Made by a program: the position numbers and the translations under genes. Shown in pieces: positions 1-13,059 of a DNA stretch of 64,000 nt. The notes under the pieces were generated by a model. The model was given only the letters and a program-made list of their open reading frames with translations, searched no databases and had not been told where the DNA came from. Source of the DNA: Camelus dromedarius (lineage: Eukaryota); the NCBI RefSeq assembly GCF_036321535.1, contig NC_087436.1, positions 82,708,001 through 82,772,000 of the forward strand, read 5' to 3'. The number at the start of each line of letters is the position of its first letter. Within the stretch, counting starts at the first letter, position 1.

Positions 1-119
1 TTTAATTGACAGGTACTTTACATAGAGTAGATGCACATATCTTGAGTGTACAGTTTGATGAGATTTTAAATTTAATTTTGTTTTTTCCAAATTTGTATAT
101 ATACATACACACGTATATA

Positions 120-1526
120 AATCTCACACTTTCTTTATCCATTCATCTGTTGAAGGACATTTAAGCTGTTTCCGTATCTTGACCATTGTAAACAATGCTG
201 CAATGAACACAGAAGTGAAGATATCTTGTAGAGATAGTGATTTCAGTTCCTTTGGACATACTCAGGAATGTGGTTGCTGGATCATATGGTAGTTCTAGTT
301 TTAACTTTCTGTGGAACCACCATACTGTTTTTCATAATTTTCAAAATTGGCTGTGCCGATGACCACAACAGTGTATAAGGGCTGCCTTTTCTTCTTCACA
401 TCCTTGCTAACATTTATTCTCTTTCGTCTTTTTGATAATGGCCATCCTAACAGGTCTGAGCTAATATCTCATTATGGTTCTGATCTGCATTTCTCTGATG
501 ACTAGTGAAGTTGAACACCTCTTCATGTGGCTGTTGGCCATTTGTATGTTTCCTTGGAAAATGTCCTCAGGTCCTCTGCCCATTTTCATANNNNNNNNNN
601 NNNNNNNNNNNNNNNNNNNNNNNNNNNNNNNNNNNNNNNNNNNNNNNNNNNNNNNNNNNNNNNNNNNNNNNNNNNNNNNNNNNNNNNNNNNNNNNNNNNN
701 NNNNNNNNNNNNNNNNNNNNNNNNNNNNNNNNNNNNNNNNNNNNNNNNNNNNNNNNNNNNNNNNTGTTTATTTTAGCTTTTGTTGCCTGTGCTTTTGAGG
801 TCTTATCCAAGACATCATTGCCAAGACTGATGTTAAGGAGTTNNNNNNNNNNNNNNNNNNNNNNNNNNNNNNNNNNNNNNNNNNNNNNNNNNNNNNNNNN
901 NNNNNNNNNNNNNNNNNNNNNNNNNNNNNNNNNNNNNNNNNNNNNNNNNNNNNNNNNNNNNNNNNNNNNNNNNNNNNNNNNNNNNNNNNNNNNNNNNNNN
1001 NNNNNNNNNNNTCCCCATCGTGTGTTCCTGGTGCCCTTGTCAATAATTAGTTGACCATACGTGCATGGGTTTATTTCTGGCTCAGTTCTATTCCACTGGT
1101 CTATGTTCCTGTTTTTATGCCAGTACTATANNNNNNNNNNNNNNNNNNNNNNNNNNNNNNNNNNNNNNNNNNNNNNNNNNNNNNNNNNNNNNNNNNNNNN
1201 NNNNNNNNNNNNNNNNNNNNNNNNNNNNNNNNNNNNNNNNNNNNNNNNNNNNNNNNNNNNNNNNNNNNNNNNNNNNNNGAAAGATGCCATTGGGACTTTG
1301 ACAGGGATTTACTTGAATCTGTAGATTGTTTTAGATAGTATGGATATTTTAACAACACTATTTCTTTCAACCNNNNNNNNNNNNNNNNNNNNNNNNNNNN
1401 NNNNNNNNNNNNNNNNNNNNNNNNNNNNNNNNNNNNNNNNNNNNNNNNNNNNNNNNNNNNNNNNNNNNNNNNNNNNNNNNNNNNNNNNNNNNNNNNNNNN
1501 NNNNNNNNNNNNNNNNNNNNNNNNNN
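120..1526 (-). mobile_element. LINE-1 fragment (ORF2 C-terminal region and 3'UTR) interrupted by four N blocks
   Basis: Typical reverse-strand L1 text (ctttatccattcatctgttgaaggacattt; atctcattatggttctgatctgcatttctctgatg; ttgccattgggactttgacagggatt). Minus-strand translation around 1280-1370 is a frameshifted version of the L1 ORF2 INIVKMxILPKAIYRFNAIPIKIP segment. Confidence 0.9.
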
Positions 1527-3900
1527 GTCTGATATGTGTATAACCATTCCAGCTTCCTTATGCTTTGTATTTCATGGTATTTCTCTTTTTTTCTATCCTT
1601 TTACTTTTAACATATGTCTTTATATTTGAAGAGAATCTCTTAAAAGCAGCATATAGTTGGATCTTGCTTCTCTGCTTTTTAATAGGCTGTCTAGTAACTC
1701 TACATTTAACATGACTGATATGGTTAGGTTTAACTTTATCATCTTACTATTTGTTTTTCTTGCCCCATCTATCCTTTTTCTTTTTCCATCTTTTCCTGTC
1801 TTCTTTTTAACTGAGTATTTCTTAGTATTACATTTTTATCTCCTCTTTGGCCTATGAGCTCACTGTCTTGTTTCTTTAATGGTTCCTTTAGGAGTTACAG
1901 TATACATCCTCACCTATTACAGCACACCTTGAATTGATAGTGTAACACTTCACGTTTAATGTAAAAACCATATGCAAAAGTACTTCCATTTCCCTCTCCC
2001 CTCCTTTGTGCTATTTATCACGTCTCTTACTTCTACATGTTATAAATTCCACCACACATTATTGGTTTCAAATAATTCATTTCTTTTTAAAGAAGTTAAG
2101 GAAGTAGAATAATGTCTAGTGTTCTTTATTCGTTCATGTACATTTGAGTTTCTATCTGGCATAATTTCCCTTTAACCTAAATAAGTTTGTTTAACATTTC
2201 TTGTAGTGCAGGTCATCACTTTGGTTACCTGAAAATATCTTCATTGGATTTAAGTTTTGGTGAAAAATGTTGCCTGATTTAAATTCTAAATTCATAGTTT
2301 ATTTCTTATTTTGCATTTTAAAATTGCCATTCCATTATTTTCTGCCTTGTATTGTTTCTGATGAGAAGGCAGTGGTTATTCTATTGTTACTTTCCTGTAT
2401 GTAATATGTCTTTTTCTTCTGAATGTTTTGAAATTTTTATTTTTAATTTGGCTTAAAGCACTATATGCCTAGATGTGGTTTTCTTTGTGTTTATGCTGTT
2501 TGTAGTTCATACCTCCATCATGGCCAGAATGAGGAGTTGGGACTTTCAAAACTCAGTTTTAAAATGTTCGGTTCTTGCTGAGGAGACGAATAGATGTCTG
2601 GGGGAGCATTAGTTATTTGGCGATGGACAATATTCTCTGTGTTTTTACTTTTCATTAAAGTTGAGGATTTCTTTTACTATTATTTCTCTTAAATTTTTTT
2701 TCTCTGCCAGAAGCTCTCTTCTGCTTCTGGGACTTCTGTTCCACGGATGTTATACCCCACAGGTCACTGAAGCGCTATTCTTTTTTTTTTTTTTTTTTTC
2801 CTGGCCCAACTTTCTTTATTGTATGTGCTTCAGTTTACATAGTTTGTATGTACCTGTCTTCAAAATCTTTTGTAGCATCCAAACTTCTATTAAGCCCAAT
2901 TCAGCAAATATCCCTAAATTTCAAATAAATTTTCTTTTGACAATTTTCATTTGCTTTCCTGTCTATCTCTTAGCTTCCATTTGTTTACTGAGCTCTCACA
3001 TCTGTTCACTTATCTATTTATCTCTGTCCTTAGATTTTTGGTCATTTTTATAACAGTTGCCTGAAGTCCTCATCTGCTAATTCCAACATGTCTGTCATCT
3101 CTGGATCTATTTTACTGCATTTTCCCCCTCACATTTTGGTCATATTTTTCTGATTCTTCACATGCCTAGTAATTTTTAAAATTTCATTATGGATAGTGGA
3201 ATGCTATATTGTTGAGATTCTGGATGTGTCTTCCTATAAGGAATGTTGGGTCTTATGCTGGCAAAGAATTAATTTACTGGCAGCTCAGCATGTTCTTCCC
3301 AAGGCTTGGGTTTAAGTGGGTGAGAGCGGGGCCAGGGTGTCCCTAATGCGAGGGCTGGAGGAGTCCTCCTCCTAAACCATGATCCTTGTGGGCCTTCAGC
3401 CCTGGCTTGTGGGCGTTCATTCCACTGTCTCCCAGCACTGTATTTTCTGGGATTTCCATTCAGCTCGCAGTCCCGAAGTAGCTCCTCCACTAGGCCTCTC
3501 TGGGTTTGACCACATGTACACAAAAGTACTCAGTCAAAGATTTAAGAGGACAGCAGCCCAGATTTCTGGAGCTCCTTCTCTGCAACTCCTTTATTTCTGG
3601 TGCCCTGAGATGCAAATGCCAGCCACTTCACTAGTCCCAGATTTCAACCTCTGTGTCATGTGGACGGCAAGACTGCTGCGCTCTGTTCAGGCTCCGTTTC
3701 CCTGGGCCTCAATCTGGAATCATGCTCAGTAAGTCAGAGCGAACCTGGTGTTCACCTGGGCTTCGTGTCTCCCAAGGATCGCAGCCCTGGGCTGTCTGTT
3801 GATCAGGGCCTAAGAAGAGCTGCTTCATACTTTTTTTTTAGCCTCAGAAATAAAACCTCTCATTTCTCTCTCTTCCTATTTCTCATTTTCTAAAAGTTGC
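1527..3900 (-). mobile_element. Old L1M-type fragments (ORF1/ORF2-start and 5' region), boundaries approximate
   Basis: T-rich, decayed L1M-like text (tatgtctttatatttgaagagaatctcttaaaagcagcatatagttggatcttgc; tttctgatgagaaggcagtggttattct). Recognised from recalled consensus. Confidence 0.55.
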
Positions 3901-4700
3901 TTGCCTCAAACCCATCCTCTCAGTCAATTTAAGATTTTGAAAAAAAAAAAAAAAATCCAAGTAGGCACCCTCAAACCTTCCTCCAGTCAAGGAAGATAAG
4001 AAGCTTATATCTTCATGAATAGGAAATGATAAAAGGGAAACTTACAGGTGAAAACATGAATTAAAAACTGATATAAAAATCCGACTAGAGTTGTTTTCCT
4101 AAAATCAACTTGGATCTTGTCCTTTCCCTGATTACAGTTCTCCCTTGCCGCCCATCCCTTCTCCCCACCGCTTGACATCCCGGCAAACATCCTAATCCCC
4201 CTTCACTCAATACCGCAACTCCTCAGCTGGGGGATGTGCCTCTTGCAATTCAGGTTCAACAAATGTGTTTATGGACTTGTCTCATGCTAAGGTGGAAACT
4301 TCTCTATCTTGCCTTGACATATTTTTGTGCATTTTATATTTTCAATTCCTTCAGTTTGAGATCTCCTATACAGCCTGCTTTCCAACCTTTTATCATGAAA
4401 ATTCCTGCCCATTCTTCAAGGCTAGCTAAGATGCTGCTTCCTCTAGGAGGCTTCCCCAAGCATCCCCGGCATCTTGAGCTACTTCTTAGGTACCCAAGCC
4501 TTTCCAGTGCACTCACGCACGATGGAAGGCTTTCAGTAACTGAGACTCCCACCGACTGTTGGCCTAAACTTCACTTAGAACACACATTATTAAAAGCCTG
4601 TTTCATGCACCAACCAAACTGTGATTGCCTCGAGGGCAAGATGATATCTCATTCACAGATGTATACTTGACTAACAATATACGTAGCTCAAGAAAGGTGC

Positions 4701-5124
4701 TGTGTTAGATTCCTAGGGCTGCCAACAAATTACTACAAGCTGGTACAACAACAGAAATTTATTCTCTCCCAGTTCTGGAGGCCAGACATCTGAAATCAAG
4801 GCACTCTTCCTGAAGGCTCCGGGGGAGAATCCTTGCTTATCTCTTTGAGCTTCTGGTAGCTCCTTGGCTTGTGTGTGCAAAACTCCAATCTCTGCCTCCA
4901 TCTTCATACGGCCCTCTCCTCTTCTCTCTCTGTCTTCTCTTCTGTCTCTTACAAGGATACTTGTCATTGGGTTTAGGGTCCCTCTGGATAATCCAGGATG
5001 ATTTCATCTCAAGACCCTTAGCTCAATCACATCTGCAAGGACCTTTTTCCAAAACAAGGCTACATTCACAAGTTCCAGGTAGAGACCTATCTTTCTGGGA
5101 AGGGGCACCATTCAACCCTCTAAA
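4701..5124 (-). mobile_element. MaLR solo LTR (MLT1A-C-like) nested in an L2 3' tail
   Basis: Starts tgtgttagattcctagggctgcc; contains aaatttattctctcccagttctggaggccag and tcttacaaggatacttgtcattgg; ends ccattcaaccctctaaa. L2 tail text continues on both sides. Confidence 0.85.
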
Positions 5125-7349
5125 AATGCTTTTTAAGTGAATGAGTAAATGAAAGGGAAAAATGAACTCTATGGATACGTGTGTTTGCATGCACAAAAGA
5201 TGAAGACAATAAATATTGCTTTGGTTTTACATCTTTATTTGTTGCCGTCTATTCATAAATTCACTTTGTAGATAATACGTCATGCTTGTTGCTCTATGCA
5301 TGTTGATAGAATTCTGTTATGTTAAATAGTACAGCAGTTTGACTATTTAAAAATTATTCAAAAGTCGTTAAATCAAAAGACAATTAGAAAAACTATGTGA
5401 TCATTCTAACTATACTGCTTTCTTTTCTGACATGACTTTTTCTTTTCCAAAAAAAACGTGTTTTAAAAATCTGTTTCATATGTGGCTTTCTTTCTCTTTC
5501 CTCAAGTAAGACATAAATTGGGAGGTTACCACACAAATAGAACAAGGATTTTCAAATAAGCATTTCTACATATAGTCACCTTACTCTTGGTCCCTCAAAA
5601 CAAAGTCTGCTTTAAGAAATGGCTTGTAAGACTGACAGCTGTTTCTTCTGGTGGACAGTTATATTTGTCTGTTTTCACAAACAGAACAGGTTGGGAAGTA
5701 CAGACCTAGAAAAATATAATAAAAAGATCCAGATTCATTTTCTGTTTGGTTTTAATATAGTTATTTTCTCTTTCCACTTTCAATGACTGCAAGATTTAAT
5801 TTGAGTAATGCCACAGGAATGTGGTTTCAGGGAGGAAAAAAAAGCTTCAAATATCCACCTCCCTGTTCCTCACTTAAAAAAAAGAATAATTTACTATAAT
5901 ATATATTGAAAGACTTTTGAGATGTTTTCTTCTTGCTGTTGGCATTTGTGTTCTTTCTTACTAAAATAAATAAATACATATATATTGAAAGTTAAATATA
6001 GGTCTCAAAAGAGAACACAGCAAAATACAATTCTTTTGATGTATTTCAAAACAATAGCACCACCAAATTTTGTTATGAAAATAATAAAAATTAATGTTTT
6101 ACTTCTTTTTGTTTGTCTATATATATTTTTTTCCAGTATCATTATCTCCTGAGAACGTATATTGAATTTTTTTCTGAGAAGCTCATGGATCTTTATAAAC
6201 AGCAAACTGGAAATATGGGGCACCCAACTCCAAGCCCTTACTTTGGGGAGACATGGCTTGCTGGGGCATTAGAATGCTACAGTCAATTCTTAAGAAGGCA
6301 ATAGAATGGCGAAAGGAGGTATATGTAATTGCCCTTGGCATACTCCCTCTATTCATTTCTGAACAGGACTGATCAGCCCTAAGTCACTTTCTCTCCTTCC
6401 CTGTGTCCCCTAAAATCTGTGCGTGGTCCCTTTATAATGGTCTCTTTTTATATAGTTCCTCTCCTTCTTCCTTCAAGTCTGTCCTGATTCTTCTATTAAA
6501 CCCAAGAGTCAGAAGTGGTCTGCTGCCCCTTCTTCTCCTGATGCTCATGGCAGACATCGCTAATTGACCATGATATTCTTTATTGCTTAGCCTAAGTTTG
6601 GTCTCAAACCAAACAAGGCTTTGGACAACCATTTACTTCCTCAGAAATTGTACAAGAGAAACAAATTTTGCCGCCCTTGCTCTAATTCATGAGATAGGGT
6701 CTGTATAGCCTGCCTACCTCTTGCCAAATTCCTTCCCCAAGAAGGCTGTTTCATGCTTCCTGTACTGTCCAGCTACCGTACGGGTCCTGCTAAGAATCAC
6801 AGTGCCACCGCCTGTCCGGCTGTGAGTAGTGCCTGTTGCCTGGATTTCCCTGTCCCTGGTATGCAGGCCTGCCTGGGTCTGATCTGAGGTTACCACGCCT
6901 TTTAACTACTGTATCCCGGATGCCATTGTTAGGGTGAGCCTCCGAATCTGCGTGCCTTCTCACTGCTCCTGGACTCCCTGTTCTGGCTTCTGCTATACTC
7001 CAGGGACTGGGATTCCTAAGATCCAGGCACATTTTCTTCCAAGAGGATCCCCATGAAAAAACCCAAATACTTGTTTTATTTACCACACGCATTTTTGTTG
7101 GGATTAAAGGCAGTAATTCTTATGAGGCACTTAGCACAGTTGCTCAATAATTATTAGCTGCTATAAATTCTTTTGTCAACATAATCATCATTATTTCTAT
7201 TGGGATCTCCACCTCAATTCCAGAAATCCTTCTTGTGAAACAATAAGGACCAGGCTTCAAGTCCCAGAGGCACCTCTGGCCACAAATGGACTTAAGAGCA
7301 ATCGGACCTAACAAGTCTTCAAATTGGAGCCCAGAGCAAATTCACGAGA

Positions 7350-7570
7350 GCTGCCACTTACTCAGCTCCTCTGTGCCCAGAACTTTCCGTGTATCATCTT
7401 ACTGAACCTGCACAGCAACCCAGCTGGGTGGGAATTGTAACTCCGATTTTATGGATGAGAAAATGGAGAATTAGAGAATCCTATGCCCAACAAAAACGAT
7501 AGTGAAATTGAAGTCAAACCCAGCCCTTCTTAATTCAAAACCCATCCTTTTGCCCTGAATGCGTTACTTC
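7350..7570 (+). mobile_element. MIR SINE
   Basis: MIR core-like ttttatggatgagaaaatggag with upstream catcttactgaacctgcacagcaaccc. Confidence 0.6.
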
Positions 7571-7959
7571 TCTACAAACAGCCTGTGTCCTAGTAGCAGC
7601 ACTTAATTTCTGGGATCCCAGCTAAGCAGGTTTTATCTTGTGGCCTTACACGAGGTAATTCCTGAAACTCTCCTCTCACAACCTACCTTATGATTCCTTT
7701 CTTCTCCTCTTCTGATTGGTCAGCCAGACTCCTAGTCCAGATGGTTCTGAGACTCTCTGGTGCCACTGTGTGACATGATCATCCTGATTTCAGGTTTAAA
7801 CCCTCCCTCTAGTCTTCTTAGACTCTTCCAGCCCATGCTCAAGCTATTGCACTCCCTCCTTCAGTTTCCCTTTCCCCTACTAGTACTCTGCGTCCATTGT
7901 GACACAACTACTTTATACTCTCCGTCCACTGTGACACAATTATTATTCTTAATTATTCC

Positions 7960-8530
7960 CTCATTGTTTCAGGTACTCATTTATTCATTCCTTCCTCTAT
8001 TCAACTACTATATGTTTGAGGACATATTACAAACCAGACACCGAGTTAGGCGATGTATATGGAGATATGCAGATAAACAAGCTATCTGAAATGCCTTCGG
8101 GTACCTTTAGCCAGGCAAATAAGAAATAGACACAAGTATTTACAATACTGTGTTGAATGTGAAAAGCACAATGAGAGATAAGCTAAAAAAATTCAGATGA
8201 GTGAGGAATTCCTTCCACCCAGAAGTGAATGAGGAAGAGACAATGATTCCGCTGAACTGAGGCAGAAGACAGGAGGTGTGGAGAGAAAGGGCGTCCTAAC
8301 TGGCAGGCGCTGTCTGCACACAGGCAGGGAGCTGGGTGAGGGCACTGTCCAAAAGTGACAAGTAGCCGTGGTTTGACTGGACTTTAGAGTCTATCAAGGA
8401 GAGCTGTGAGGATCGGGTACGTGGCGGGGGGGCCCTAAGTACCGTGGGAGGGTGTGATGATGCCTTTGGGTGGATGAGAGAGGGATTGTAGGAGGTTCTT
8501 GAAATGATATATAATCAGAACTGTGTTTTG
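7960..8530 (-). mobile_element. L2 fragments
   Basis: catttattcattccttcc tail followed by purine-rich reverse-strand L2 text. Confidence 0.5.
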
Positions 8531-10817
8531 CATCCCTTCCCCCCAGTTACACAGGAAGTCCATTGAGGTTTAAATCTTATTTTTACACTTCTTTCAGATT
8601 TACTCAGAGCTCATCGCAAACCTGGATACAAAAGAATATTTAATAAATAGCCCAATGACTGATAAGAAGCAAATTATATGTGATAGTTCTGTTCTATATT
8701 GTGCTGTTTATCAACTTTCATGTTTATTGGAATTAGAATTTTTCATATTGAAAAGTACAGATGGCATGATATTTAAGGAAAATAGCCCTTTGCCTCTGAA
8801 TCGGTACTGATCTAAAGATAATATGACAAGTGTTAATTTCATCTTCAAAAATATTTATTGTAAGAAAAGCTCCAGATGAACCACATATAAAAATGTGACT
8901 TTAATAGTCAGTATATTAACTTCATTTTTTCCCATTGTGAATTTTTAAAATTTTGTTTACAGAAATATTTTCCTCAAATCTTACCAAGTACCTGGGAAAT
9001 GTTATCTTAAAAAGCTATTTTTCTAGTCTTTAAAAAGTATGATTCAATCATTTCACTTTCAATGTTATGAGAGAAGTTATCGTGGGACAGGATGTTTTCA
9101 CAAAGCCAAGTCATCAGAACTGGCAGTTTGTACAGGACCAGAAAGCCCAGGAAGACCAGTGATTCACACTTTGAACTCCTGTGCAGATGACTGTAGAAGC
9201 ACTCAGGCTAAATTCAGAGACCAGAAAACAAACAAATAAAAAGGGCCTCTTCTCTTTTCTCCCAGGATTCCCTCATTGGAACAGTGTGCATATTCCCAAG
9301 GCTAAAAATGAGGAGATGAAAGAGAAAAGATTTGGGCATTAGTTTCCTCAAACAGGTTTCTTTGCGGAAGGTGCTTTTGTTTGCGTGGGAAGGGTCCTTT
9401 AATGGTAGGTTTTGTGGAGAAGTGACTGGTGAAGAGGTCACTTGCTGATACACGATCCCGCGTGTCGGCCTCTGATCGCTCTTGGGGAAACGTAGAACTA
9501 GAGGGGAAACGTTTCCCACATTCTAGAAGAGGGGGGTGTGCTTTTATAACTTTAACTAAAGTAAAAATGTGCCTTTCTTGGACTAAATTCCTTACTACTG
9601 GTCAGTTGCAAAGTATGCTTTAGGCAAATGAATTTCTACCCAGACAATACTTTAAAAGTAACAAGTAATTATAGAGATGTTTGGAACATTTATTTATAAC
9701 TCTGGAACTTTTCTTCATGAAAACTCCAAGTACCCTCAGGAGAGGTGGATGGGCTGTTTGGATCTACTCTCCTGGCCAGCAAGATTTAGCAGGTGGTGCT
9801 ATTTGCAAATATATTCTTTTTTAGGGAGGAACGATGTGTTTATTCTTGAAATGTCATCAATAGTTCTTGCTTCTTTTCATTTGTCCACTACCCCTGTTGC
9901 TTACACAGGACAGTACTGTGTGTACAGAGTTGTCTCTACTTGACAAATTGTTTGGTCTGCTCTTTTGGAAAAAGAATTACACAGAGTGTCCAATACAGAT
10001 ATTAACATTGGCGACATCTAGTCCTGGAGCAATGCAGGGTCAGGAGAGATTTGCTTGAGCTGAACTCATTGTATAAAAGACTATTTAGGTTTTTTTTCTA
10101 CATTCAGGAAGGACAATAGTTGCGAAGTGAGTCAGAGTCCTGCAGCATCCCACAATGGAGCAGGCTGAGACGCTGTATTTTCTTTCTCATATGTGGTACT
10201 GTCTGTAGTGTCTCCCTTCTTTCTAAATCTGCTCTTCCCAGACAGAGCTGGTCGAGCAGTTGTTTGTACTGAGTGGTTTTTGGAGTGGGGGTTAAGAATA
10301 GCAAGTACTAGTACATTATTATTATTTTCAGCCCTCATCTTAAAAAATGCCATGCACTGTATGCATTTACTCTTATGAAGTAAAAACGGTAATTCCCGGT
10401 AGAAGTACACTGTGGAGGATGGGAAACAGATGCTTTGGTCAGATTCGGGGAATGACTACAACATACCATGGGAACACAGAAGAACAAGAAAGCAATTGCG
10501 TGACACTCTGACTTGAAGGAGCTGATTGACCAGATGACATGGACGTACCTTGTTTCAACAGTGTTTTGCTAACAATTGACCTGATTTCCTACGGCCGCAA
10601 GGAGTCAGGGAATATTTTAATATTACTGATTTATCCTGTCCATCTGTTTTGACTCCACACTTTGGTGGGGACACTGGTGTGGGGAGGTGCCCCTTCATTT
10701 AGATAGAGAAAAGCAAAGTCTTGAAAAAATGACTGAATAATAACCAAATTGTCAGATCCTGAATTTGTTACAAATATAGAAGAATCTCCTTAAAAGTTTC
10801 ACAGTGTGGAAATGACA

Positions 10818-11255
10818 TGTGTCTTAGGATAAGTGTCCCGGAAGCAGATCTTAAGAAAAGGATTTGAATACAAATAGCGCAGGTGATAGCAGGAGGCAGA
10901 AGTTCTCAGGAGGGTGGGGAGTTTAAAGCAGAAGGAAGAGAGCCAATAATAATGGGTGCGCTAGCGAGCAATGCACTGATGAGGTAACTGGGCTCAGCCC
11001 CTGTGAAGAACTCTGGGAAACGGTGTAGAACCCTGAGTTGTCCAGCCCAAGGAGTGAGGAGGCTGGGGATTGGTCTGTGAGTTTTCGTCCTTCACTGATT
11101 GAAGACTGCCTTTGGAGACATTAACTCCCTGGTTCTTGTGGCTTTCCCAAGCAAGGGCATGTTCCTGCAGCCCAAAAGGGCCCCCAGGAGAGAGGGGCCT
11201 TTGCCTTGCATAGGAATCAGAGGAGTCCTGGGTTCTGGGGTGACACTGTTGCCGC
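10818..11255 (-). mobile_element. ERVL solo LTR (LTR16/LTR33-like)
   Basis: Begins tgtgtcttaggataagtgtcccggaagcagatcttaagaaaaggatttgaatacaaatag; includes gagccaataataatggg, ctgggaaacggtgtagaac and ttaactccc, matching the recalled reverse-strand LTR16/33 pattern. Confidence 0.6.
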
Positions 11256-11314
11256 AGAAAGCAATAACTTATTTGCCTAAAGAAGCTGAAAAAGAAAATG
11301 AATATATTGATATA

Positions 11315-11341
11315 AATGAATGAATGAATGAATGAATGAAT
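11315..11341. repeat. (AATG)n microsatellite, ~6 copies
   Basis: aatgaatgaatgaatgaatgaatgaat seen directly. Confidence 0.9.
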
Positions 11342-11349
11342 TGAAATTT

Positions 11350-12045
11350 TGTTGAGGGGTGTTATATTTACATGGTTTCAACATACCATCTTACAAAATA
11401 CTTATTAATTTCAAAGGGGAAGAGAGTAATTTTACAGTGAAGAAGCCGGGCAAACCACCTGGATCTAGTGGTAAAATTAACATGACCAGTCATGAGACAA
11501 ATTAAAACCATGTACCACCTGATTCATGTGATGAGAACCCAGCATCACTTCTAGGATATTGCTGCCAGAGAAGCATGATCCAACTCAAATCCTGAAGGAA
11601 CATCAGACGGACTCCACTTGAAGGGTATTCTACAGTGTATAACCTGCTCAATAATCTTTAAAAGTGTCAAGGTCATTAAAGTCAAGGAAAGACTGAAGAA
11701 CTGGTCCAGACTGAAGATGTCTAAATGTACCATGTGATTCTGGACTACATAATTTTTCCATAAAGGACATTACTAGGATGATTGCAAAACTTGAATGGAG
11801 TCTGAAGGTTAGAAGTAGTGATACATCAATGTTAATATCCTGACTTGATGGTATAGTGTGGTTATATAGGAGAGCAGCCCTGTTAGTAGCAATTATACAC
11901 TAAAATATTTGGGGGTGGGTGATGGGGCATTTTGGCAACTTACTCTCAAAGGGTTCAGGGTAAAACAGTCTTTCCTGCACCATTCTTGTAACTTTTCTGC
12001 ACATTTGAGACTGTTTCAAATTAAATACTTTTTTTTAAAAGTGAA
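11350..12045 (+). mobile_element. L1MC-type 3' end
   Basis: gtaattttacagtgaagaagccgggcaaaccacc; gaaggaacatcagac; ggcaacttactctcaaagggttcagg; ends gtaacttttctgcacatttgagactgtttcaaattaaa. Confidence 0.75.
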
Positions 12046-13059
12046 TAATTAAAGAATCAAGGAACAATTATGTAGAATTTATCCATTCCTCTTTCCTTTT
12101 AAAAGGTCTCTCCTTGATGGCAGGTAATCCCATAGAGAGCATTATTGCACATTAGACAAGGACCATAGAGTCAAATCTGGCACTAGGTACCAGAGCTCCA
12201 GCTGAATTCTAGTCTGATGGAGCAGCAATTTCATCTTGAGCTACAGGAGAATTCCAGAAATCACCATCATACAAGAGAATAAATTCCCTTACCAAGTGTC
12301 CATCTATAACAGGTAGGAAATTTCAGGCTTATTCTTAGAGCAGTTTAGAAGGATGGAAAGTACAGGGACACCATGGTGATTCCTGAATTTACAGGTGCAA
12401 GAATTTGTCAACATCTTTTGTTAGTAAATAGCAATTGTCCTTTTATACTAAGGACAACAGTATGTGAGGGGAGTTCTTAAATACATCTTATGACATCTAT
12501 AAACTCCCTAATTTTCTTAGAGAAACAATAGTTGTGTCAATACTGAGCATGATCCCCCTCTGCAAAGATGTGTTAGATTGAGTCAGACAGAGCAAGACAT
12601 CAAGCACATTATATTCCATGAACATGATGAGAAGTACGTCGACCTGTTTCCCAGATGTTGGACTCCAAATTCAGATCTGTGGTTTCTGAGCTGAATGAAA
12701 TTCTGAGCAAATCCTCAAATCCTTTTTTTTTTAAGTACACCGATTAGAGTACTTTAAAACTAATTTTTCTATTGAATTGGTAGAGACCTCTATTTGTTTA
12801 TTTTTCAATTCATTACATAAGTATTTGTGAATTACCATGGCTGCCTGCTACCACTATTCTGAACACATTATAACAAGCCATGGCACTATTGAATGGACCA
12901 CTTAAATGAAGGGTGAATCTATGTGATATTCCTCTGCATGTCTGACAACACTGGCTACAAAGTCACATGACAGCTCAACCACTGGGTACATGTTGTTTTG
13001 TCTACTCAGCATCTCTTTTCTAAGAATCACCCTCTATTCTCCTCTCTCAAGTCACATGA

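Noticed and set aside
474-1547. ORFs containing X runs
   Set aside because: Artefacts of N blocks read as non-stop codons inside a decayed L1.
6954-6976. TGCCTTCTCACT shared with IBSP exon 1, considered as a paralogous SCPP exon remnant
   Set aside because: Only a 12-mer plus a few bases; no inverted TATA/CCAAT, splice donor or downstream signal-peptide exon nearby.
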